From Phoronis australis (lineage: Eukaryota; Animalia; Phoronida): a DNA stretch of 64,000 nt. Each line of letters opens with the position of its first letter. Position 1 is the first letter of the stretch. Made by a program: the position numbers and the translations under genes. Of the stretch, positions 40,601 to 52,600 are shown piece by piece. The DNA lies in the NCBI GenBank assembly GCA_002633005.1, contig NMRA01000123.1:845512-909511 (forward strand). Direction: 5' to 3'. Under the pieces are notes generated by a model, which did not search any database, was not told where the DNA came from, and worked only from the letters and a program-made list of their open reading frames with translations.

Positions 40601-43600
40601 CTCGCGCAGCTTTCTGCTTTTAATCACCCGACTTGAACCAGAGTAGACTCGCATGTTCATAATTATGTCTTATGGGAAAGTCACTCAGCTACGGAATAAG
40701 ATTATGAAATATGTAAAAGTGCAAATACCTCTATTGCCACAGGTCGTGGGTCGAGGGGGTCGAGGGGTGTGGGGGTCGAGAGAGTTTCAAAGCAATACGA
40801 AAAATACTGCAAAACCATACTTTACACTTTTGAAGTGTTTTTTGTTGATGCATTTTTCAAAGTATATTGGCTCCGGCCCTGAGCATACGTCAATATTTAT
40901 CTACTCTTTTCAACTTGTTTAGGTTATTACGATTGACAAGTTTACACCTTTGAAAAAATTCTTGTCGATTAGTATACATTTTATATCATATTTCGTTGCA
41001 ATGGTATAACTTTTTGAAACTATTACAACTGCAAATTAATTGCAGTAGTGACTCGATTAAAGTTTCTTTGATGTCATCCATCGTATAGTCAGGCACCTCC
41101 AACCAAGATGATCTTTCAATAGACAGGTGTTTATAAGCAGCGAAAAGGTGCATGCAGTGGTTGAGCTGCTGGCAGACGGGCGGACGCAGTGATCGATGAG
41201 GTCATCACTCCTGATCACTAAGTTATCCACTCCCCAGGGTGGTCCGGGAATGAGTACAGTTTCGTCAAAATAAAATCCGTGCCCGTGAGCTTCCATGACA
41301 AGAGCAAGAACGACGCAAATTGGTTTTATTTTCTTCTTACTACTTAAAAATATTTATTGTTCATTTTAGTCACGATGGTGTCCAAGACAGTCACTCAATT
41401 GTGATTAGCTGTTTAGGTAGCTGGGTTGTTTGCCTTAGGAACTTGGGAGCTACTACACGTAAATGAAACACCGTACTAGTTAACCGCAGGAATACCCCCA
41501 AGTTTTAGAAACTGTGTCACTGTAATTTCAGTGGGTAATTCTACATGTTTAGGCATTTAAATTTTCTCAGTTTATCAGTTTAACTTATTCCTGTAGTACA
41601 TAGTGTGATAAACAGTAGTTAGTAACTGCCAGCCAGTAGTAGAAATCTTCTGTTTAGTTCATGCTGAGACACACTGTGCATTTAGGATAACGGTGACATA
41701 TCCCTTTCCCTTTTGGGCAGGTTCGACAGCTTATACAGCCTGCGAATATTACCTTTTCTGTTTTAGTGTATGTCTGCATGAAGAATAGGTTTAATAAGAA
41801 CTGAATTTTTATTGCAATGTGCACATTCTGTCTTTGTATTTCCTGGCAAGGTGATTGATCAGAAATTATCAAAGGATTTGCTCTCAGTGCTCCTTATAAG
41901 ATGCAAGTTAATTGTTAAACCATAAAAACAATTGTGAATGACCTCTTGACCTGAGAAAACAGTACATACCCTGAAAGCCCAGTGCTTTCGATTCCAAATA
42001 ACAGAGGGGTAGAATGAAAAAAATTAGGACAATCAAGTGTGTGCTAAATCAGCTAAAATCTACCAAGCTTTGCTGCAATGTGGTGGGAGACGTTACTGAT
42101 TGGAAAGTTTCCAGTGAAGCGACCTCTAGCGAGCGGTCTTTAGTCTTTCATTAGTCAAAAAATGGCTGACTATGGAGAACATGCTTTTGTCAACGAGGAA
42201 CACAATCGCAAAGAGGGTAAGAAATAAGTAACAATAAATGGGTACAGTCTGAGGTGGCATACAAAACGATCAGTAAACGTGACTGTAGCATTAATTTGAC
42301 AAAGGTTTTGTTTATTTAGGCTTTTATTTCACGCTATGTATACTCGCAAACCCCAAAGCATGACGTCACGCCTTTCATCCGGGTTTGTTATTTTTACGCC
42401 ATTTAATCCGCCTTTTCTTTTTTTGAGTCAACATAGTTACATGTAGAGCTAGTTTTTCGAATGGCATAGTATGATAGACTTCCAGAACCCAAGCAAACAT
42501 ATCTTTTGATTATTGTCCATTTTTGGATAGAATGCCCAAGCAGGGACCACGAAGGTAAGGAAATCCTAAGCAAGCAACCAACTGCTCCAAACATCCATGT
42601 TATGACAAGTGAGTTTACAAATAGCCTATTCTTGCTCAACAATGATGGCTACTCATGTAGGTTGTAGAACTTCAAGGTGTATTCTGACAATAAGATGGAC
42701 AATAGATCTACTTGACTTGTGGTCTGATACCCTGGCTTGGATTTCATCAACTAAACTGCTTTTGAAATGAACACTTAGCTCTATGAAAAAATACATTATC
42801 ATATTTCACAAGTCTGGTGAAAGTCTAATTCAAAACAATGAAGCGTCCTGCTCTCATTGGTTTCATGGACCCAAAGCAAATGAAATGGCCCCGAGAACTT
42901 GGAATGTGGGTCAACTATTTGCCCAATTCCATGAAAATAAGCCAAGGAACTACTAAGATATAGAGGCAAACGTAAAAAACAATTGACACAAAGAGGCACA
43001 GGTATAGTCTGATTGGTCTGAAACTAATCTTCATCTGTTGCCTGAGCCCATCTGCTAACTTTCGCAAAGATCCTTCAAGGGTTTAATGAGATACAGTCTT
43101 AGAGGCAAAAAATAAATAACAAAATTGACCCTAAAGGACACCAGAATAGTCAAAAACATCCAAAAATCAATAATGTCAGCCAGGGTCTCAAGTTTGCATC
43201 AGGAAACCAAACATCACTTTTCATTACATGTTCTTTGAGAGTTTAAGCACATAGAGAGTCAGTCGTCAAAAACATACACGGAAATTTTTAAATGGCCAAC
43301 AGGTGATGTAGAAAACATCAAACCTGTCCGAAAATGGGAAGGCATTGTTGCCTCCACAATAGAAATCTGTTTGCCGAATTTCATGAAGAAACATTCATGA
43401 ACTTTGAAGATACAAGAGGTAAACGTAAAAAATATTTTGCTACTAAAGGGCACAGTGGTATTTGGATTTATTTAGTTCAACATTTGTTAGCGTTTGTTGC
43501 GTTTGTCGTTGGCTCCATAGGAACACATCTTTCAAATTTCACAAAGCTCCTTCAAAGGGTTAAGGAGATTCGGACTCGTATGCAAAAAAATCACAACAAG

Positions 43601-46600
43601 GGGGCGACAAAGTAGTCAGACCCATCCGAAAGTCAATTTCACTCCCTTCTTCTGATCAGGATCACATCTGTAAATTCTCATAATTATCTTATAAGCAATA
43701 TGGCGGATAGAGAGTTGGACACCAAAAATGGCCACCAGGTGGTGCACAAAACATCAAATCTGTCCGAAAATAGGAATGCGCGTAAAAAGTGATCGACAAA
43801 ATATTGTTCTCCCCTCATTACAGTTAATTCTGTTAACAGCGGAAATGAGAGATGATAACTATTAAGGTGAGACTGAGTAATCCAAACTTTTTAATATTCA
43901 AAATGGCTCAGCCATTTTACTATCTTTCTGGCTCATTTGCCGTTGTTCGTGGTTGTGAGAGAGGACTGTGACGATGAATTTGGCTTCTGCCTACCCCATG
44001 TACCCGTCACGACAGCTAGTTTCAATTCATTTTGTTTAAGCACTTTGATTGCAGTGTACTCAGACCTGAGGCTGCAATTCAAGACTTGGGCAATTGTGTT
44101 AATGCTCAGCCAAAAGCAAATCAAATGAAAATGAATGTAGGTCCTACACAAAGTTTCTCCAGATTCAAAAAGACAACCAAAGGGTCGTTCATTTTATTAG
44201 TCGTACTCCCAAATAACAAATAATGAAACTTAAATGTAACACAGTTTAAGCTGTGGTATTTTGTGGTAAATGTGCTCTAGGTGTGAATTAACTCATGATT
44301 GAAAATAGGCAATAATGTGCCCGCATTTTGAGAACCCAGAGTTTGATGCCTGTTATTCAGCGGAGAAAACTGGTTCTCAAAACCAGGGCATGCTATATCT
44401 GACTGTTACCAAAAACGCAGCTGTTGACTACAAATAATCAGGAGTGGCTGCCTTTTACCAACCCAAAACGATACCACAGATACCATAACGTCAAAATTCT
44501 CACATGACCAATGCCTGGCATTAAGCAAAATAGCCATGCAAGTTAATGGCAGTGCGTCCTGGCAGTAGTACAATAAAACATGCCCATACTTTGAGAACCA
44601 GTTTGATGCCCATTACTCAGTGGAGACAACTGGTTCTCAAATTGCGGGTGTGTTCTATTTGACTATTACCCTGCATCCCAACCAACATCTCCTTTAAGAA
44701 AGCCTCTACACTGAGAAAAAGTTTAACATATTTTGGCTTTGTCTTGCATAAATCTTCCCCCAGAGTGAAAGACAAATGGTATTTATGGCGAAGTTGTTAT
44801 CCCTGTTATCTAGAGCCCGAGGGGCGTTAGCCCCGAGGGTGATAATTCTACAAAATCCACGAGGGCTCTAGATAAGGGGGATAATGACTGAGAACATGTA
44901 ATAATCTATTTATACCACATACTGAACGAGAAACATTGCGATGAATCGATCTACCTTTCTCGACTCGCCTCGACTTTGTAAATACTTTCTATGTCAGAGG
45001 CCCGGGGTGGGAGGTCGTGACCTTTTAAGAAAAGCCGAGGTGTTTTTGTAAAATAATGCTTTTACTCAAAACCAATTGAAAAATAAAACAAAATAGAAAT
45101 AAAGTGAATCTATAAATTAAGGTTTAGCAACTATTATAGCTTACTACACATTTTATCACGCTAAGCTTCGACCGGGACTATATCGTCTGCTAAAGTAGGT
45201 TACCACTAGTAACTGAGTATAATGCTCCAGTCAAAGGATCCCGACCACACGACACCTGCATTCAAACTGGAGATCGGTGATTTACAAGTGAGAGAACACG
45301 AGAGAAAAATTTCACTGAATTAAAATATCGTTTTTATGGAAATTATGCGTCTCATTTTTCATAGCGTATAATTGTCGGTGCAATGCGCTTTGCTGAATAT
45401 GCGATTGTTGCGCGTGCTCATTTAAGTATTCTATTTTCATGTTCGATGACGTCAGCCACTGAGTGGTGTAGTGGTAGTCAGCGACTCGAAACTCTTGAAG
45501 CCCGGGTTCAAATCCGGCCTCGGTTTCCCGCCAAAATGTTATCTCACTAGTGAGATAACTTTATGGGTTATTACACGGTTGTATCTGCCACTCGAGGCTA
45601 ATATTGTGGTATAAAAATAATTATTTTGAATTAGGCAATATTGGCCATTCGAAATTTGAGAAATATGAGAATGACGGCAAAATCGACGGTGTCTGAAATC
45701 TTACTTTACGCGGATGGCTGCTGACAATGTTCCGATTTGTGGTTTTAGACAGCCGCGCAGGTTTGTGATCGTTATTACTGACAAGAAATTCACACAATGT
45801 CCTCAAAAAAATATCAGCGATGTTACTGACTATGAACACAATCGACTTACCAAACTTTGAGATAGGACTGATTATTCGCAATATCCATTTGTGCTCATCT
45901 TCTTCACGTTAAACTGTTCGCAAACCAAACACAGACGATGCGACTGCAGTATATGTAACCCATGTATGCATTCAGTAATGCTAGCACCTACGCTAGGACC
46001 TATGCCAGGACCTAGCTATTTTAAAATACATGGCAAAGTCTCACATAATCTCGCGAAGTCTTGCTTTTTAGTCAGTGAGGTTCTAGCATTACTAAATAGG
46101 AGGCTGGGGCAGTGCGTACGACATACTTATGAGTCACCTGTCATTCAAACAGACCGCCAACGACATACATGTAAATAAGGTCCCCATGGTCTTAGCTTGC
46201 GAAAAAGCACAATGTGGAAATTACCGTACGGCCAATGCTGCTAAAATCAATTTGTCAGAAATTTGAGAAACATGGTAAATGCCAAATTCGACCGTGTCCC
46301 GAATTTCAGAATCAAAAAAATTCAGTTTGGGGTTGGATTTAGGTGTCCAAAATACGGGCGACTATTCTAAATTCTAGAATTTTTATTGTATCCATGACTG
46401 TCAGTATGAGTTCTACATTAGGAATTTCGAATAAAAATTAGGAAAAGAGGGAAAGTTCTAATTCATGCTTTTAAAATGGCAACGATAATTGATGTACTTA
46501 AACGTGTTTTATTTCAGATACGGCCATAGCCCAGTCCAGTGGATATGAGTCGCTCATCGAGCATCAAGGTATGTTTAGTGCAAACTAATGCAAGGACAAA

Positions 46601-49600
46601 TTTCTCATGTTCATACACAGGTTCCATCAAACACGTTTCAAGGGGATAAAACAGGATAACTTTTATCTCAGACAGTGTCAATTAAAAATAAATAAGTGAA
46701 AATCAAATCAAACAATTGGAGGGACTGACAGAGGAATTCTTTTCCTTCTTCTAAATTAATGAATTATCATTCCGTAGTAATTGAATTTCTGTCCACCAAA
46801 TCTGAGTCCTGATCAATCAGAAGTCACTTTCATGCTCCCATTACTCTCGAGAGCGCTAAAATGAAAAGTCGCCAATTCAAATAATTTTCAAACTGGGCAT
46901 CATCATTGCTACAAAGACTCAAGTTTTACAGACACCTTTAGAGTAAAAATTCGCATGAAATACTTTGAATCAAGCAAACAAACTGTCATCAAAATGAAGT
47001 AACAGAATTATACAAAGCACAACTAATGCCCAGTGTTGTATTTCAGGAGGAGCCCTACTCGAGTACGTAGGACCTGAAGAAAATGAAGTACCCGAGGCCT
47101 CAGGAACAGGTGAGATACATGCAGTAAATCAAACCGCAGTTAATTCTGTCTTTTGCATGATCCATTATGTCATTCTCAGCAAGTGTCTTACACCGACATC
47201 ACAATCTTTGCTCAGTGTGAATTCTTTGGCAATGTACGCACTCCATGTTCACAGAACAACCACTAAGTAGGAATGGACACTAACCTGCATGTTAATGTTA
47301 TTTTGAAGAGAGCCAAGTGTTATTGCACAACTCTTGGCATTTGAATTATTTTGCATTCTCAGAAACATTTTGGTAGTATTGTCATTCCCAACAGGTGACA
47401 TCTCGTGAATTCTTTGGCAATGTACACACTCCATGTCCACAAAACAACCACTATATAGGAATGGGTGCTAACCTGCCTGTTACAATCTATGGTTTTGTAA
47501 CATAATCATGCATAACATTTGAAATTTTCAGAAAAAATATTCACTGGCTCCAACTACAAAATGCTGCTACGAATTCAAAGTAAATGCAGATTTTCAAAAT
47601 AGCCGCATCACATTAAAATTCACTGACCCGCCAGGTGGCAATCAGGTGTTTAGCGGACAGGCGTTGAGCATGGCTTATAGATTCCATGTGATGCGAAGTT
47701 TCAACACATTTTCAGCCATTATAATACTAGCTAATTTCACCTCCTGTGCAGCGGGATGCACTAATGTAAACTTAAACCAATCAAATAATAGGAGGGACTG
47801 ACAGTAGAATTAGCTTTAATGAACTATTGTATAGTAATTGATGTTCTGTCCACCAAATCTGAGTCCTGATCAATCAGAAGTCACTTTCATGCTCCCATTA
47901 CTCTCGAGAGCGCTAAAATGAAAAGTCGCCAATTCAAATAATTTTCAAACTGGGCATCATCATTGCTACAAAGACTCAAGTTTTACAGACACCTTTAGAG
48001 TAAAAATTCGCATGAAATACTTTGAATCAAGCAAACAAACTGTCATCAAAATGAAGTAACAGAATTATACAAAGCACAACTAATGCCCAGTGTTGTATTT
48101 CAGGAGGAGCCCTACTCGAGTACGTAGGACCTGAAGAAAATGAAGTACCCGAGGCCTCAGGAACAGGTGAGATACATGCAGTAAATCAAACCGCAGTTAA
48201 TTCTGTCTTTTGCATGATCCATTATGTCATTCTCAGCAAGTGTCTTACACCGACATCACAATCTTTGCTCAGTGTGAATTCTTTGGCAATGTACGCACTC
48301 CATGTTCACAGAACAACCACTAAGTAGGAATGGACACTAACCTGCATGTTAATGTTATTTTGAAGAGAGCCAAGTGTTATTGCACAACTCTTGGCATTTG
48401 AATTATTTTGCATTCTCAGAAACATTTTGGTAGTATTGTCATTCCCAACAGGTGACATCTCGTGAATTCTTTGGCAATGTACACACTCCATGTCCACAAA
48501 ACAACCACTATATAGGAATGGGTGCTAACCTGCCTGTTACAATCTATGGTTTTGTAACATAATCATGCATAACATTTGAAATTTTCAGAAAAAATATTCA
48601 CTGGCTCCAACTACAAAATGCTGCTACGAATTCAAAGTAAATGCAGATTTTCAAAATAGCCGCATCACATTAAAATTCACTGACCCGCCAGGTGGCAATC
48701 AGGTGTTTAGCGGACAGGCGTTGAGCATGGCTTATAGATTCCATGTGATGCGAAGTTTCAACACATTTTCAGCCATTATAATACTAGCTAATTTCACCTC
48801 CTGTGCAGCGGGATGCACTAATGTAAACTTAAACCAATCAAATAATAGGAGGGACTGACAGTAGAATTAGCTTTAATGAACTATTGTATAGTAATTGATG
48901 TTCTGTCCACCAAATCTGAGTCCTGATCAATCAGAAGTCACTTTCATGCTCCCATTACTCTCGAGAGCGCTAAAATGAAAAGTCGCCAATTCAAATAATT
49001 TTCAAACTGGGCATCATCATTGCTACAAAGACTCAAGTTTTACAGACACCTTTAGAGTAAAAATTCGCATGAAATACTTTGAATCAAGCAAACAAACTGT
49101 CATCAAAATGAATTAACAGAATTATACAAAGCACAACTAATGCCCAGTGTTGTATTTCAGGAGGAGCCCTACTCGAGTACGTAGGACCTGAAGAAAATGA
49201 AGTACCCGAGGCCTCAGGAACAGGTGAGATACATGCAGTAAATCAAACCGCAGTTAATTCTGTCTTTTGCATGATCCATTATGTCATTCTCAGCAAGTGT
49301 CTTACACCGACATCACAATCTTTGCTCAGTGTGAATTCTTTGGCAATGTACGCACTCCATGTTCACAGAACAACCACTAAGTAGGAATGGACACTAACCT
49401 GCATGTTAATGTTATTTTGAAGAGAGCCAAGTGTTATTGCACAACTCTTGGCATTTGAATTATTTTGCATTCTCAGAAACATTTTGGTAGTATTGTCATT
49501 CCCAACTGATGACATCTTGTGAATTCTTTGGCAATGTACACACTCCATGTCCACAAAACAACCACTATATAGGAATGGGCGCTAACCTGCCTGTTACAAT

Positions 49601-52600
49601 CTATGGTTTTGTAACATAATCATGCATAACATTTTAAATTTTTAGAAACAATATTCACTGGCTCCAACTACAAAATGCTGCTACGAATTCAAAGTAAAAG
49701 CAGATTTTCAAAATAGCCGCATCACATCAAAATTCACTGACCCGCCAGGTGGCAATCACGTGTTTAGTGGACAGGCGTTGAGCACGGCTTATAGATTCCA
49801 TGTGATGCGAAGTTTCAACACATTTTCTGCCATTATAATGCTAGCTAATTTCCACTCCTGTGCAGCGGGATGCACCAATGTAAACTTAAACCAATCAAAT
49901 AATGGGAGGGACTGACAGTAGAATTACCTTTAATGAACTATTGTATTGTAATTGACGTTCTGTCCACCAAAGGTGAATCGGGATCAAATGAAAGTCACTT
50001 TCGTTCTAAAATTACTCTCAAGAGCGCTAAATAAAAAATCCCCAATTCAAATGATTTTCAACCTGGACACCACCATTAATTATGAAGACTCAATTTTCAA
50101 ATACCTTTGGAGTAAAGACTAGCATGAAATACTTTGAATCAAGCAAACAGTCACAAAAATGTAGTAAAACAATTATACCAAGCCCAACTAATACCCAGTG
50201 TTGCATTTGAGGTGTTCTAGTCGAACAAGTAGCATGTAATGGCAACGAGAGACCTGAGCCTCCAGAAACAGGCGGCCAAGATGGAGTGTTGGAAAGCGCA
50301 GATGATGAAGCTGCAGGTTATTCTAACTTTAATAAACAGAACCAATGAAAGTGCTTCACCTGAATAGGCTGTCACTGACATATATTTAAAACTATAAATG
50401 GCTCGCACCAAAATTTTCATAGTTCATTTGATAGAAAAGAGCAGTCAGATCCAGATCTATGATTAAGTAAATGTATTTCAGATCATGACATCCCACCACG
50501 GGCAAATGATGATCACCATGATGCAGAAAGACAAATGCAGTGGAGACAACGTCGTTTCCTCAATGGCCGCGCACGTGGACCCCATGTCACTATGCGTAAG
50601 TTTCAACTTCAAGATGTGCTAGCTGATTTATTCTGAAATATTTGAACACTAAATGCTACAAAATTTACCTGTTTCGCAGATTGTTTCCCATTGAGTTTAC
50701 TGTCTATGGCAGACAGATGGGAGGGATTAGAAGCAACATTCTGGCTCAAGATTATCCATTATGTAAATGACACATCTAGGAATTACACAGGCAACTGACT
50801 CTATAGAATAAAGTCACTCAAGAAAGGAGATCACATGATTATTAACAATGAAATCAAACCATTTACACCACAAAAACGGTATCATGATTGGTTTAGAAAT
50901 GAACGGACCAAAATGCTTACCTACTCCACGCCCACGGGGGCGCATGAGGTTATGAGTTGATTGTATCTCAGTGAGTGTAATTGTCAAATTTCAGTAAAAA
51001 CGTCACACTACAGACTAAAGCAGACTATACTAAACAGAACACTCCGATTATCTTTTGTAGGTGACAACACCGGGCTTATTCTGGCTTTGGTGTGGCTCAT
51101 GTTTTTGTGGTATCCACCTTTGCTGCTTGTAGTAAAGACAATGGTATATGCAGTGGCAGTACACTGGTTTGTACTGTTCGTCTGCGAAGATGAAGAAGAT
51201 GGTGTGGCATACCCCATACAAGACCAGCGGCCACCTGATGAAGATGAGAGGAGAAGATCACTGTACCGCAATGCTGGCATACAAATGCCGCAACTTAATC
51301 ATTAAAATACCATGCGTTTAATGTATGCTTCCTGAAGTCCCCAAGTTCGCTTCACAGCGATACACATGACGGAAGCACTACGCAAATGGTTTCCATTACA
51401 CTTTTGTTAATTGAAATTGTTGGTTACATTTTGTTGTTGATAATCAGTCTAATTAAAAACAATGTTATGTAATTTAGTAAGGATGTGTAATAAAATACAT
51501 AATTATATTGGTTGTTTACATTTGTAACCTCCTATGAGTGCATGGGATGTGATTCACCACATGTCTTTTGCCAGTGGTGGGATGTTTATAATAACTTCTT
51601 TTTCTTCTTCAGCGTTACCGGCAATGTAGCTTAGATAGTCAGTCTGGTCTTCTGGGCGAAATCTGCAATTCGCCAGAATGATGCCGTCAGGCCCCATAGT
51701 TTTACCTTGAATTCCACCGGACTGGGCCATGTCTGGCGCCTTAGGGTATCGAACGTAGGGCAGCTCTGCAGTAAATGCTCAGGTGGCTGGGGGCCAGTGC
51801 AACAGGGGCACTCGTCTGTGTATGAGATTTTCTAGCGATGCATGTGGGAGAGCAGCTGGCAGTAGCCGGTTCTTAGCCTGGAGATAGTGACTTGTTCTTG
51901 AAGGGCAAGCTGGTGGATATAGTCTTGTTCAGTCCCCAGATGTAGGCGTGCCCTCCAGGCATTTCTAAAGTGACTTTGTAGGTTTTTTATTTCTCCATAT
52001 GATGATGGGTTTGACGTCTGCTCCATTTTGCTTCCTGTCTTGGAGAGTCTGTCTGCTTCATCGTTGCCGCTGATGCCGCAGTGGGAGGGAATCAGCAGCA
52101 CAACATTGGTTTTGCTGGTGAGAATGTGACGTTTGATGGATTGCAGGATCTGGTCTCTCTCTGTTGTCTAGAGGCTCTGCAGAAGAGATCGGCAGTCTGT
52201 GAGGAAGACTGTCTGATCCGGGAGCCTCGTTTGCTGGTTGGGTATCTGGGCTGCGAGGTATAGGGCATTTGCCTCAGCTCTGTAGTTGGTGGAGTGAAGG
52301 TAGGTTGGGGTTTCTTGGTGGGGAATATTTTGGCCTTCTAGCTGGAGCGAGAACTCTTCTTTTTTGGGAGAAAGGGAAAAGCACATGTTCCTGTTGATTA
52401 TGACCATCCACTTTTTTGCCCAGTTTAGGATGATGTTTATAATAACAACTGTGCTTTGTATTACTAGTTGTGTAACTTTAAGTCTTTGAAACTGGTCAGC
52501 TTTGGGATGAGGCATTTCCGAGGACGACAATAATCAGAACTATTATCCATGGAAATTACTTAATTTTTGTCTGCCTACACCATATTTGGTAATGATTTGG

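Noticed and set aside
47249-49554. Three near-identical 63-aa minus-strand ORFs (MDMECVHCQR...)
   Set aside because: By-products of the 1057-bp duplication. The supported exon in each unit is the + strand 63-nt exon.
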